Below are positions 53,290 to 64,000 of a stretch of DNA of 64,000 nt, in pieces (positions within the stretch are counted from its first letter, which is position 1; every line of letters begins with the position of its first letter). This DNA is from Octopus vulgaris. Lineage: Eukaryota. The DNA is taken from contig OX597841.1 in NCBI GenBank assembly GCA_951406725.2, positions 18,910,001 through 18,974,000 on the forward strand, written 5' to 3'. Under the pieces are notes generated by a model that saw only the letters and a list, made by a program, of their open reading frames with translations, made no database searches and was not told the DNA's origin. Made by a program: the position numbers and the translations under genes.

Positions 53290-54560
53290 TGTTGACCTTC
53301 AATGGACACTGATGTCGACAGGGAGAGGGTTTAATTATGGGTTCGTAATTATCAGCAATAATAGCCAATATAAACATGGAATACTTTGAAATTTGGCTTT
53401 AGGGTCAGCACCACTAAAACCAACCCTATGGTTGCGATATGATGATGACATCTTTATACTCTGGCCCCACCAGGAAGATGTCCAAGTACTGTTAGATCAA
53501 GAGAACTCAATAAAGCTATCCATACAGTTCACAATGGCAAAAGAAAAAGACAGCTAGCATTCCTGGATGCATTAATAACACACACTGAGTATGGATCTAG
53601 GACATCCGTATACCACTAGCCAACTTTCACTGAACGATACTTCAACTTCAATTCCCATCATCCAGACAGTGTAAAGAGAGGGATTGCTCAGGGCCTAAAA
53701 CATCGAGCAAAGAATATAAGTAGCGATGGTGATACACACCACGAAGAAATGATCAAGCTAAGTAACAATCTATTAAGTAACAACTACCCCCAAAACATAC
53801 TCTCCACTCCAATTATGAAGAGAAGAGAGTATGAAACTCATAAAGTGGCCACAGTCCGTCTACCCTATGTGAAAGACCTCTCCGATAAGATACAAAAGAT
53901 ATGCGGCCTCTATGCCTCAGGTCAGCATTCAAGGGTAATACAACACTTCGCAAATATCTCCTTCGAGTAAAACCACCAATAGAAGAGAATATGACCAAAG
54001 ACTGCGTGTACTCCATCCCATACAGCTGTGGTAGGTTATACAAAGGCAAAACATGCTGCCCCCTCAAAAGAAGGGTAGATGAACATTGCAAAGCTGTGAC
54101 ACGAGGAGATGCAAAATCATGTATAGAAAAAAGGAGATCCCCCCACCTCCTGTGGGATGAAGTTAAAATAATAGACAGAGAACACCACTGGAAAATACGA
54201 AAACTAATAGAGGTAGCACATATTCTAGGATACAACAACCTCCTAAGCAGACCGAGTGCAGATGGGAATAGCATATGGGAACTGGTATTGAGGAAGGATA
54301 GAAAAATATTAGATTAATAAGCCCTAAAATTCACTCCATAATTACCCATGGGTATATGGCGTAGTGGTTAAGAGCATAGGCTACTAACCCCAAGATTCTG
54401 AGTCCGATTCTAACCAGTGACCTTAATAATAATAACAACATCGGAAAAATCCCTTAGGAATGAGAACCCAGGTTCGAAATTCCCCCAGGACACCTGATGA
54501 AGGCTGGAGAGTACATCAGCCGAAACGCTGTGTTAACAACAAGCAAGATGAGGACTACTA
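53290..54560 (+). mobile_element. Penelope/Poseidon-like PLE 3' fragment (decayed RT-thumb-GIY-YIG) ending in a tRNA-like segment and an HHR (54490-54533)
   Basis: RYDDDIFILWPH, IQFTM, AFLD, YFNFNSHHP, LPYVK, VYSIP.SCG.LY.G.T..R..EH, WDEVKIIDRE. HHR reads ACAC CTGATGA A GGCTG..CAGCC GAAA CG CT GTGT (triplet mutated). Confidence 0.85.
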
Positions 54561-55076
54561 TCCTATAATAATTATTATTATTCAGTAGTTTTATTTTCAT
54601 CCTTTGCTTTCACTTCACTACCGAGCGCAGCTCTGTGTGCCTTGGGTATGTGCTGTGGTTTGTTGTGATGCTCTTATTTTTACTGTATGGAAAGTGTTTT
54701 ACGTAGAATGCGTGCGGTGACTGGTAGTGCTATTGTCTCTATTTTCCAATGCCTGGTGTTTTCGTTATGCGTTTGTTTGAATATTTTTTTATCATATCTA
54801 ATGCGCCTACGATGAGAGGAATTGTTTGTTTCTTTTTTCTCATTATTGTTGTTGTTGTTGCTATTATTATATTAAGACAGCAGGCTGGTAGAACCATTAG
54901 GACACCGAACGAAACGCTTAGCGGGATTTCGCCCGTCGCTCTGTTCTGAGTTCAAATTATTACTATATACATACATATGTCTATCTATAGTACATCATCA
55001 CTACCACTACCACTCATACACACACCACTACCACCATTAAACCCTCTCTCCTCTTTCCACTACTCTCCACACACAG

Positions 55077-55181
55077 GTGACTGTTGGTTTATCTCCGCTG
55101 TAAACGTCTTAGTTGCCAACAACAGGAAGGTGTTTGAGAACGTTGTCCCTGGCAACCAGTCGTTCACTGAAGACTATGCAG
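55077..55181 (+). CDS. Calpain gene 2 exon with the catalytic Cys: GDCWFISAVNVLVANNRKVFENVVPGNQSFTEDYA(G)
   Basis: cacAG acceptor, GTGAGT donor; GDCW active site and VVPxxQSFxxxYAG motif. Confidence 0.95.
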
Positions 55182-55544
55182 GTGAGTATAGTGGCATGAA
55201 AGGTAAATGAGGTCATCAGAGGTCATCTAAGGTCAGTTTCTTTTCTGTTTTTTAAGTAGTCTGTTCTTCCTCATCTTCCTCATCTGCCTCCTTTCAATCA
55301 TCATCGTTTTAAGGTTCTGTTTTCCATGCTTGCCTCTGACTGGCAGAATTTGTTGAGCCAGATTTCCAACAGCCGGACGCCCTTCCTGTCACCAATCCTC
55401 ACCTGTTGCTTTTTAAGGGGACATTTGCACTGAGGCCAGACATATGTTTGAGGAAGACTGCAAATGAAGGATTGGCTTTTATGAGAATCAAGATTGCTTA
55501 CAAAAGTCACATGATGTCAAGAGAATGTGGCACAAACACACAGA

Positions 55545-55582
<38 letters not shown>

Positions 55583-56344
55583 ACAATCTTACTTAGAAAT
55601 GGATGCGTGCGTTCCGTCATATAATAAATTAATAAATAAAACATATGCATACATACATACATATATGTACGCACCTACCTCTACATGTATATATACATGC
55701 ATATATATATGATTGACCGCTAGCGCCAAAAGTTGTTTTTTTTTTTCTATTCTCTCTCCACGTGTTCCTTTTCGTTGAAGAGCGTAGGCTCGAAATGTAA
55801 AAGACTTTCCTTTATTTTCCCAGGCGTTAAACTAATACACCTGTTTGTTATTTATAAACCTATCTTCATCCTTTGTTTTTCTGTAAATTTCATGTACATA
55901 TATATATCACGTGATCACGTGACCGACCAGGCTATCAGATGTAGCTACACATCGCTGGTCACAATGCGCTTCGCATTGTTTTAGCCTTCAAATGACGCCA
56001 CCCCGCTGGCTAAGCGATCAGGCCAACAGAAGAAAGAATGAGAGAAAGTTGTGGCGAAAGAGTACTGCAGGGATCACCACCACCCCCTACTGGAGCCTTG
56101 TGCAGCTTTTAGGTGTTTTCGGTCAATAAAAACTCACAACGCCTGGTCTGGGAATCGAAACCGCGATCCTACAACCGCGAGTCCGCTGCCCTAACCACTG
56201 GGCCATTGCGCCTCCATATATACATACACACATTCATACACACACATATATACATACACACACACATAAAACATATATTTCATTTTCCCATGTAATAAAC
56301 AACATATATCATTGGTTTCAATAAATTTGTAAAAGGATTTTATG

Positions 56345-56537
56345 GGCGCAGGAGTGGCTGTGTGGTAAGTAGCTTGCAAACCAACCACATGATTCTGGGT
56401 TCAGTCCCACTACGTGGCATCTTGGGCAAGTGTCTTCTGCTATAGCCCCGGGCCGACCAATGCCTTGTGAGTGGATTTGGTAGACGGAAACTGAAAGAAG
56501 CCTGTCGTATATATGTATATATATATATGTGTGTATA

Positions 56538-56579
<42 letters not shown>

Positions 56580-56750
56580 TCCCCCTAGCATTGCTTGACA
56601 ACCGATGCTGGTGTGTTTACGTCCCCGTCACTTAGCGGTTCGGCAATAGAGACCGATAGAATAAGTCCCGGGGTCGATTTGCTCGACTAAAGGCGGTGCT
56701 CCAGCATGGCTGCAGTCAAATGACTGAAACAAGTAAAAGAGTAAAAGAGT
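56345..56750 (+). mobile_element. tRNA-derived SINE family A with an internal microsatellite (copies ~224-600, 6995-7500, 10040-10345, 12120-12515, 21880-22360, 29185-29630, 39225-39745, 56790-56945)
   Basis: GGCGCAGGAGTGGCTGTGTGGTAAG head, GGTTCAGTCCC B-box, common 3' end CAGCATGGCCGCAGTCAAATGACTGAAACAAGTAAAAGAG. Confidence 0.88.
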
Positions 56751-56989
56751 ACCAATTTTTAATGCTTACTTACTTTTCAGTCGCTCTGTATAACGGGCTT
56801 CTTTCAGTTTCCGTCTGCCAAAACTACTCACAAGGCTTTGGTCGGCGCAAGACTATAGAAGAAGACACTTGCCCAAAGTACCACGCAGTGGGACTGAACC
56901 TGAAACCATGTGGTTGGGAAGCAAGCTTCTTACCACACAGCCATGCTTGAGCGTATGTGTGTGTGTGTGAAAGAGAGAGGGAGAGAGAG

Positions 56990-57052
<63 letters not shown>

Positions 57053-57256
57053 AAACACTCCATGTTGTCACAACAAGAACCGATCGTGTTTGCTGGATCG
57101 ACATTGGCCAAACGTTTAAAGACAAGAGGTAGAGTCACATTAAAGAACGTAGCCCTAGATATGCCATGACATAATACAAATCTCTCGATAAATTCTCAGA
57201 TTCCCTTTCGATGCTTCTTGCCAATTTGTGCCGTTATCCATTCTGATCAATTGCAG

Positions 57257-57416
57257 GAATTTTCCGTTTCAATTTTTGGTGGTATGGAGAATGGAAAGAA
57301 GTGGTCGTCGATGACCGGCTTCCAGTTGACAGAATCACTCATAAAATACTTTATGCTCACAATAATTCAGAACCCGACGAATTCTGGGTGTGTCTCTTGG
57401 AGAAGGCCTACGCCAA
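57257..57416 (+). CDS. Calpain gene 2 exon: [23 protein letters not shown]...[12 protein letters not shown](K)
   Basis: ttgcAG acceptor, GTAAGA donor; highly conserved calpain motifs. This frame is absent from the supplied ORF track. Confidence 0.96.
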
Positions 57417-57498
57417 GTAAGACACCTCTCTCACTCTTTCTTTCTTTTTATACCTTTATTGTTCTTATATATGTATCTATGTACGTATGTACGGGCGC

Positions 57499-57565
<67 letters not shown>

Positions 57566-57687
57566 ATATAGAGGGCATTATTATACATACATGCCACACG
57601 CTAAGAGGGACAAAATTAGTCATTTCTACCAAAAATTTTACTAATCCCACCGAATGCAATTTTTCAAAGTAAGACATTTAAAATATG

Positions 57688-57734
57688 GACTTGTATCACC
57701 TGTGATTTCATACCTCTGTATTCATCAGCAAGTC
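57688..57734 (-). ncRNA. Minimal type I hammerhead ribozyme
   Basis: Minus strand GACTTG CTGATGA ATAC agag GTAT GAAA TCAC ag GTGA TA CAAGTC; all three helices pair perfectly, AUA triplet. Confidence 0.92.
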
Positions 57735-58018
57735 TGGACGTATCATAAATAAACGACCCTACATCGTCAAAGCCGGGCAGCCAACTGATCAACATCAACG
57801 ACGCACATGGGTTAGTTTACATATATTCCATCCGGTAAATGTCAGACTTTTACGAATTGCATTTCGGAAAAGGAAAAGTTTTTTCGGAATAAAAATTTAG
57901 CAATTAAGGACAACTTCTTAATAAGGAAAACTTAACAAGAAATTATCGGGTAGATAGCGTGAAAAACCTCATAAGAGAAAAAATTTCGAAAATAATTCTT
58001 TCTCATTGAACATATTAA

Positions 58019-58065
<47 letters not shown>

Positions 58066-58640
58066 TATTATATATATATGTATATATATATATATCCCCT
58101 CAACCCAAAATGCTGTCTGCGAGTGACATGACACAAAAATTCAAAATTTAAATAAAAAATAAATGGTTAGACCTCTATTACAATTTCGAATTTCGAAACC
58201 AAAAGTTGATCCATTCTCCTCGTCAGGAGAACATTCCTGTACTTAGAAATTAACACAAAAGACGTGCCTTGGAGCTTAACATGTGAGCCGACCGGCAAGA
58301 ATAAAGTCAAAGTCTATCCACACACAAATTCTGAATTCAAACATCATGCACGGTATTTATGGGAAGAGGAAAGTTAAGCGAACCTCGGCGAAAAACTGGA
58401 TATGATTGAAAAATAAATAAATTCCAACAAAGGACAAACAATTTATTTTTGTCTAAATTTTGAATTTTTATGTCATGTTGCTCGGCGACAACTTTTGTGG
58501 TTGAGGAGATATAATACAAGTGGTTTATAGTGGGTTTATAGCGGTTTTGACTTCTATTTCTAGTCATGTAAAGGTTTTTATAACCCTCTCTGTTATAATT
58601 GTGATTTATTCACAATCATACACTCTTCTTATATATATAT

Positions 58641-59144
58641 GTGTGTCTATGGCCAGCTGGAGGAGTGTGTCCTCCTGGGGCTAAAAACTACAGTAGCGTC
58701 CACCCTTAGGGGTTAGCCATATTGAAATGGCAAATATACGTCACGATGTGTTACCGCTACTGTAGATAACTCACTTTGATATTTATCATTGTTTGATTTC
58801 ACTTTTTCAATATCAGCGACAGTGGACGCTGGAAAAAGTATAAGTATTTGTGAAGGAAATCTAATTCTCGCCGACAACTGTGATTGTCACACGCTGACGA
58901 GAGGTCAATACCTCGAAACTCGAGTCCGTGTGTATCATAAGTTGAAGACGGGAAGGATGACTTCCCTTTGCAAATACTGACAGGACACAGAAAGTGTGTC
59001 TATGGCCAGCTGGAGGAGTGTGTCCTCCTGGGGCTAAAAACTACAGTAGCATCCACCCTTAGGGGTTAGCCATATTGAAATGGCAAATATACGTCACGAT
59101 GTGTTACCGCTACTGTAGATAACTCACTTTGATATTTATCATTG

Positions 59145-59146
<2 letters not shown>
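58641..59146 (+). mobile_element. HHR-containing partial tandem element (353-bp period, ~1.4 units) in (TA)n
   Basis: 58641-58793 recurs at 58994-59146; TA runs on both sides; HHR in the unique part. Confidence 0.85.
58888..58932 (+). ncRNA. Minimal type I hammerhead ribozyme
   Basis: CACACG CTGACGA GAGGT caat ACCTC GAAA CTCGAG TC CGTGTG: 6-bp helix I, canonical core, palindromic helix III, GUC triplet. Confidence 0.92.
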
Positions 59147-59178
<32 letters not shown>

Positions 59179-59208
59179 TTGTTTATATGTATATCTTTGT
59201 TGGTGAAG

Positions 59209-59383
59209 GCTTGCCGGCAGCTATGAGACGTTGATTGGTGGTTTCGTCACCCGTGGCCTGGTGGATATGACCGGAGGAGTCTCTGAATGCTTTTTGGTTA
59301 ATGCCGATGACACCAACCCTACAGAAACATTCCAGATGATGACAAGAATGTCCACCATGCAGTCAATGTTTTCCTGTGGCATT
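59209..59383 (+). CDS. Calpain gene 2 exon: (K)LAGSYETLIGGFVTRGLVDMTGGVSE...SMFSCGI
   Basis: gaAG acceptor, GTAAGT donor; LxGSYExLxGG...DxTGGVxE motif. Confidence 0.94.
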
Positions 59384-59455
59384 GTAAGTATATTTTTATG
59401 TGTCTTTCTATAGTTTATGTGTGTGTGTGTGTGTGTATTTCTAATATAACAGTGT

Positions 59456-59500
<45 letters not shown>

Positions 59501-59616
59501 CCCACATATAAAATGCAACATTGGCATGTAGAAAGCACCCAGCTATAAGACCACATTTCTATTTATAAATGTCCTAGAAACATCAGATTGCGTTGACCTT
59601 GTTATCTTATTTTATT

Positions 59617-59649
<33 letters not shown>

Positions 59650-59663
<14 letters not shown>

Positions 59664-60031
59664 TGAAGTTGTGTGTCTGTCTCCTACGATTTAGATTCCT
59701 AACTACTCCCACATTTTGCAGTGCAGTTTAACCAAAACCGGGTATCTTATAGTCGTGATTCATATCGAGCCCTTCTGAGTATTAGCGCGCGTCTACGATT
59801 TAAAAAAAAAATCACCATCAATTTTTCCCATTTTTAATGCATTTTTGGCATATATAAGGGAAGTAACTCTCTAAAAATTTATTATTAAATCGCAGAACGT
59901 AAAAGGCTACAGTAACACCCCCTCCCTTTGTGGTTAGCCATATTGAGATGGCTATTATACTTTACATCTCTAAAAATGCTTATATAGTTATTTCCCTTAC
60001 AAACCCGAGCAACGCCGGGCGATACTGCTAG
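59650..60031 (+). mobile_element. Non-autonomous Helitron-like element, second family (copy 16517-16878, minus strand)
   Basis: 3' CCCGAGCAACGCCGGG..CTAG|T; 5' TATATAAAAGTGAAGTTGTGTGTCTGTC is shared between copies. Confidence 0.78.
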
Positions 60032-60220
60032 TGATATATAAATTAGAGATAAAACCACTATTATGCAACTCAAACAGTGATAGACATAAACCAAAACATA
60101 AATAACAAATCATATATATTTTTATAAAACATATAACTTATAACTAGATCTCAAAAAGTATAAAAATGAATTATCAATATATAATATAATAAGTGAAAAA
60201 AACTACGTACGTTTCAGGGC

Positions 60221-60304
<84 letters not shown>

Positions 60305-61104
60305 TATCAAATATATTCAATGAGAATAAAGTGAACTGGATTTCTGATAAGTGCTCTTGGTATGAGAAATGTCTAAAACCTTAAACGTATTTAGAGATTT
60401 AATTAGGCCGATCATATATTATAACGTAAAAGCAGGAAAAATTACATTAAAAAATCACAGAAAAAAGGATGTATTTCCGTGTAGTCAGTCGAATGAAAGA
60501 GCTGCTATTTAAAATTGTATGGTAAAGATGCTGTTTAAAAAGTTACTGGTATAGATATGTATTGGTACAAACTTGGGCTAGAAATTTTGAAAAAATAATA
60601 TAAATCCATGGTAAAATCGTTTGTAGAAATTCATAATGGCTGTGAGTAGATAATTCCTTTTCTCTTCATAAGTGCAAAAAATAAAAGTGATTAAATTTTT
60701 GCTTTTATAGTTGAATATACAAAACTGGAAGATATTATTATTACATTTTATGCAAATGTAAAATAGCCGTTTACTGACCCAATATAGAATGAATTAATGT
60801 GTTACATTGAAATTTTGACAAATTAAATTTAACTGTTGAAGTGAATCTAACGGTTTTTGTGTGTTTTTAAATGGCTTATTAACACCTTCCATGCTGCAAT
60901 TGTTTTCGTTCAAGCACACGATCTCAGATCGGGTCACTTGCTATGCATGTACATCTCCATAATATATTTAGATTATTATATTTAAAATCAGTTTGTTGTA
61001 CATTAGAGGTGTACGGGTTCAAATTTCAGGAAAACCTTTCTGGCATTCATCCAATGAATAATTTATATTACGTGAACATCTGTATAGTCTAAAATAATTC
61101 AATT

Positions 61105-61830
61105 TTAAGTTTCTATTTTCTTACTTGCAACAATCCTACTATTTTTTATCTGAATCTTATCTTGATGATCTCTTATAGTGTTTAAAAGTTGTATAAAACC
61201 TATGTCTACATGTGGATAATGCTTCCGATTGGCAAGTGATTCAATTATTTTATTTATATAATAATATGTATAGCGATTGTTTTGTACAAAGACGGCAGAT
61301 AGAAGATATTTGTGTACATGGTGTAGCTGAGTCAATAATTGACCAGGATAATTTATAGTTAACGTTTTTTTTGTCAGTTTATGTATATATGTAGCCAATG
61401 AAGTAGTGTTATTCGTTATATTCGGTTTAAATGAATGTACATGTGTTAAAAATCCTTGTTTTAAGTTAATAGAGCTCCCTATATATATATATTTTACTGT
61501 GCGAGTTAGCAGTTTTTTGTAACAGTACACTTATATATAACATTGAACCTTCTACATTTGCCTTCTGAAGGACATGATTTTTTTGATTTTTACATGTGCA
61601 ATATTTAGTTTCTGTTCCGTAGTATAAGATTTAATACTGTTATGATTATTTGTTATGGTGATGGTGTTATGTTTGAATTTGTTGTGGAATCATTTATAAT
61701 AGAATTTGGTAAATTTACTGTTTCTATATTACCATTGTTATTAGATTATCAAAAGTGCTGTCACATCCAATTGTTTGCATATTTTGGGATATATAATTAT
61801 TAGAATTTTGCTGAGATTTTGTTAATGTTA
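61105..61830 (-). mobile_element. Degenerate Naiad-like PLE endonuclease fragment
   Basis: CTCKNQK..CPSEGKC..NVIYKC..YIGSS..HVHSFK..TSLATYIHKL, with frameshifts. Confidence 0.7.
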
Positions 61831-62401
61831 TAGTCAGTGGCGGACCGGGTCTAAAACTATTGGTTACCAGGAGACTAAGGGGCCCCACCCGTAACTCCAA
61901 GAGGACCCACCCGCAACTACAATGCACTCATTTAATTGTTTTTTAAAGTATTCTTTTCAACTGTCTACAAACACAACCAGGCTGAAATAATTAATGCGTT
62001 TTTCTAGGACTGAATAAAAAGTTCGCATATTTAAGAAGATGGGCCCCTTAGATACTAACAGTATATTGATTCTAATGGCTTCTCATGTTTTCCGTTACTC
62101 CATACATCCAGGAACGTGGTATCATATCTCATGTTTTATGATAGTTGACCCATGCCATGCTCAGGTTTGTGTGTTTTCTCTAACAGTTTCTGATGATTAG
62201 GTTATCGATTACGAGCTGATCCTTCGTTCCCCAGTTCCCTTTTCGGCACCCTTTCTGTTCCATAGGCAGCCGCCTACTTTTTCTAAATAATATACAGCTC
62301 ACCGGCCAAAACACTTGACGTCTCTTTTTTAGTGCTCCTGTGCTACCACTATAGTGCTCTCGGTCTGTTTTCCCATTATTATTATTAGTAGTAGTATTAG
62401 A

Positions 62402-62448
<47 letters not shown>

Positions 62449-62997
62449 CATCATCATCATCATCATCATCATCGTTATTATTATCATTATTGAGTGAGAG
62501 AGCAGCACATGCCATCAGAATGACACCTTGGTACAAATATACAAAGCCCAAAATACCCATCGTGACTACCCGTCTGATAAGAGTACACCAGGCACATCCA
62601 TCACAACAACATGTGCACGACATAGTGATCTCATATCGAGAGAAACAGCACTTGACCTTGCAGATGGGGCCCAGTTAAAATTCTATTCAGATTGAGTAGC
62701 CCTTCCCATTCAAAAGTTCCCTGAACAAGGTTTGTTTAAGGATGTTGAACGAACCACCCATGTTTCCAAAGGTGAATTATTCAAACCCCAAAGAATCCCT
62801 CTCAACACATGGCTATGATGCTCCCCCACTACTTCTGCTCGTGATCAGAGATGCACATATCGTCAGCCACTAAGGGACATGCTCAACTGGTCTAAGGTCA
62901 ACCAACTGACAAGCAAATCTGTGGTATTGAGCAGAATATTTGCTGTAGGCCATCTTTTATACCAAGACAAAACAATGTACGTGATAACGCTTCCATT

Positions 62998-63033
<36 letters not shown>

Positions 63034-63095
63034 GCTGTTGTTGTTGTTGCTGGTGGTGGTGTTGTTACTTTGCTTCCTTTATTTATCTCCCTTAG

Positions 63096-63179
63096 GTTGA
63101 TAAGGATTATGAAACGGAAGGCAAGACAAGTGCGGGTCTTTTTGCATTTCATGCTTATGGTATAATAAAACTTATGAAG
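63096..63179 (+). CDS. Calpain gene 2 exon with the catalytic His: VDKDYETEGKTSAGLFAFHAYGIIKLMK
   Basis: cttAG acceptor, GTAAGT donor; GLxxxHAY motif, 84 bp, phase 0/0. The exon with the catalytic Asn lies beyond the window. Confidence 0.9.
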
Positions 63180-64000
63180 GTAAGTTGTTAATCTTCTCAC
63201 CTTTTCGTACCTTTCCTTTATCAATTTTAATCAGCAAATCACAAAACAAAACCAACAGAAGCAGAGCATGCGGCCCTTAATGCTAAACCCAGTTTCTCAA
63301 AATGGCTTCTTAAGGATCGTCTGTTTTATTTTGCCAACTTTTATTCAATGGTCTTTTCGTTCGTCTTTTATTTGTGTCAGTCACGGGACGGCGGTCATGC
63401 TGCAGCACCACCTGGAAGAGTTTCTAGTTGAATGAATTGACCTCCAACCACAAAGACACACACACACACACACATGTATGTATGTATGTATGTATGTATG
63501 TATGTATGTATGTATGTATGTATGTATGCCGACAGATAGATAGGCATTCATATATATTTGAGGGAGATGTATGTATATATATATATATCAGCAGCAGCAG
63601 CATTTAACATCCGCTTTCCATGCTAGCATGGGTTGGACGATTTCACTGAGGACTGGCGAACCAGATGGCTGCACCAGGCTCCAATCTTGATCTGGCAGAG
63701 TTTCTACAGCTGAATGCCCTTCCTAACGCCAACCACTCCGAGAGTGTACTGGGTGCTTTTACATGCCACCGGCACGACGGCCAGTCAGACATGGGTTGAA
63801 CAGTTTGACCAGGGCTGGAAAGCTGGAGAGCTGCACCAGGCCCCCGTCTGTTTTGGCCTGGTTTCTACGGCTGGACGTCCTTCAATTTATTCAACTAAAT
63901 CTTTCATGGCCAGACTCCAATGACTGAAGCAAGTAAGAAATAAACGATAAAACACACGTGCGTGTATGTGTGAGTGTGTGGTTGATATCACAAAGGGGTT

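Overview
Eukaryotic, AT-rich, microsatellite-dense genomic DNA. The SINE content is most consistent with an octopus or other coleoid cephalopod (inference). Two + strand, head-to-tail classical calpain paralogs were reconstructed by hand from splice sites and reading frame. Gene 1 contributes its 13 3' exons (748-27506: end of CysPc, CBSW/domain III, penta-EF-hand, stop). Gene 2 contributes its first 6 coding exons (39038-63179, with the catalytic Cys and His). One gene-1 intron (15926-18803) is a U12-type minor-spliceosome intron. The main hidden signal is about 20 type-I hammerhead ribozyme (HHR) motifs from several unrelated families. Nearly all lie in short ORF-less elements inserted in (TA)n and carry hallmarks of Penelope-like element (PLE) insertion: partial tandem units, 5' inversions and palindromes. 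The clearest case is a ~2.9 x 484-bp tandem array with one canonical HHR per unit (retrozyme architecture, predicting a 484-nt circular RNA) inside the minor intron. Candidate helper PLEs of three types are also present (Neptune-like near full length, Naiad-like, Penelope/Poseidon-like). The rest is RLE-type (R4/Dong-like), Tx1/L1 and RTE LINE fragments, tRNA SINEs, non-autonomous Helitrons, a hAT MITE and a Tc1 relic. Most ORFs in the supplied track are microsatellite artefacts. All calls were made by eye, TE boundaries are approximate, and no ribozyme activity is demonstrated.
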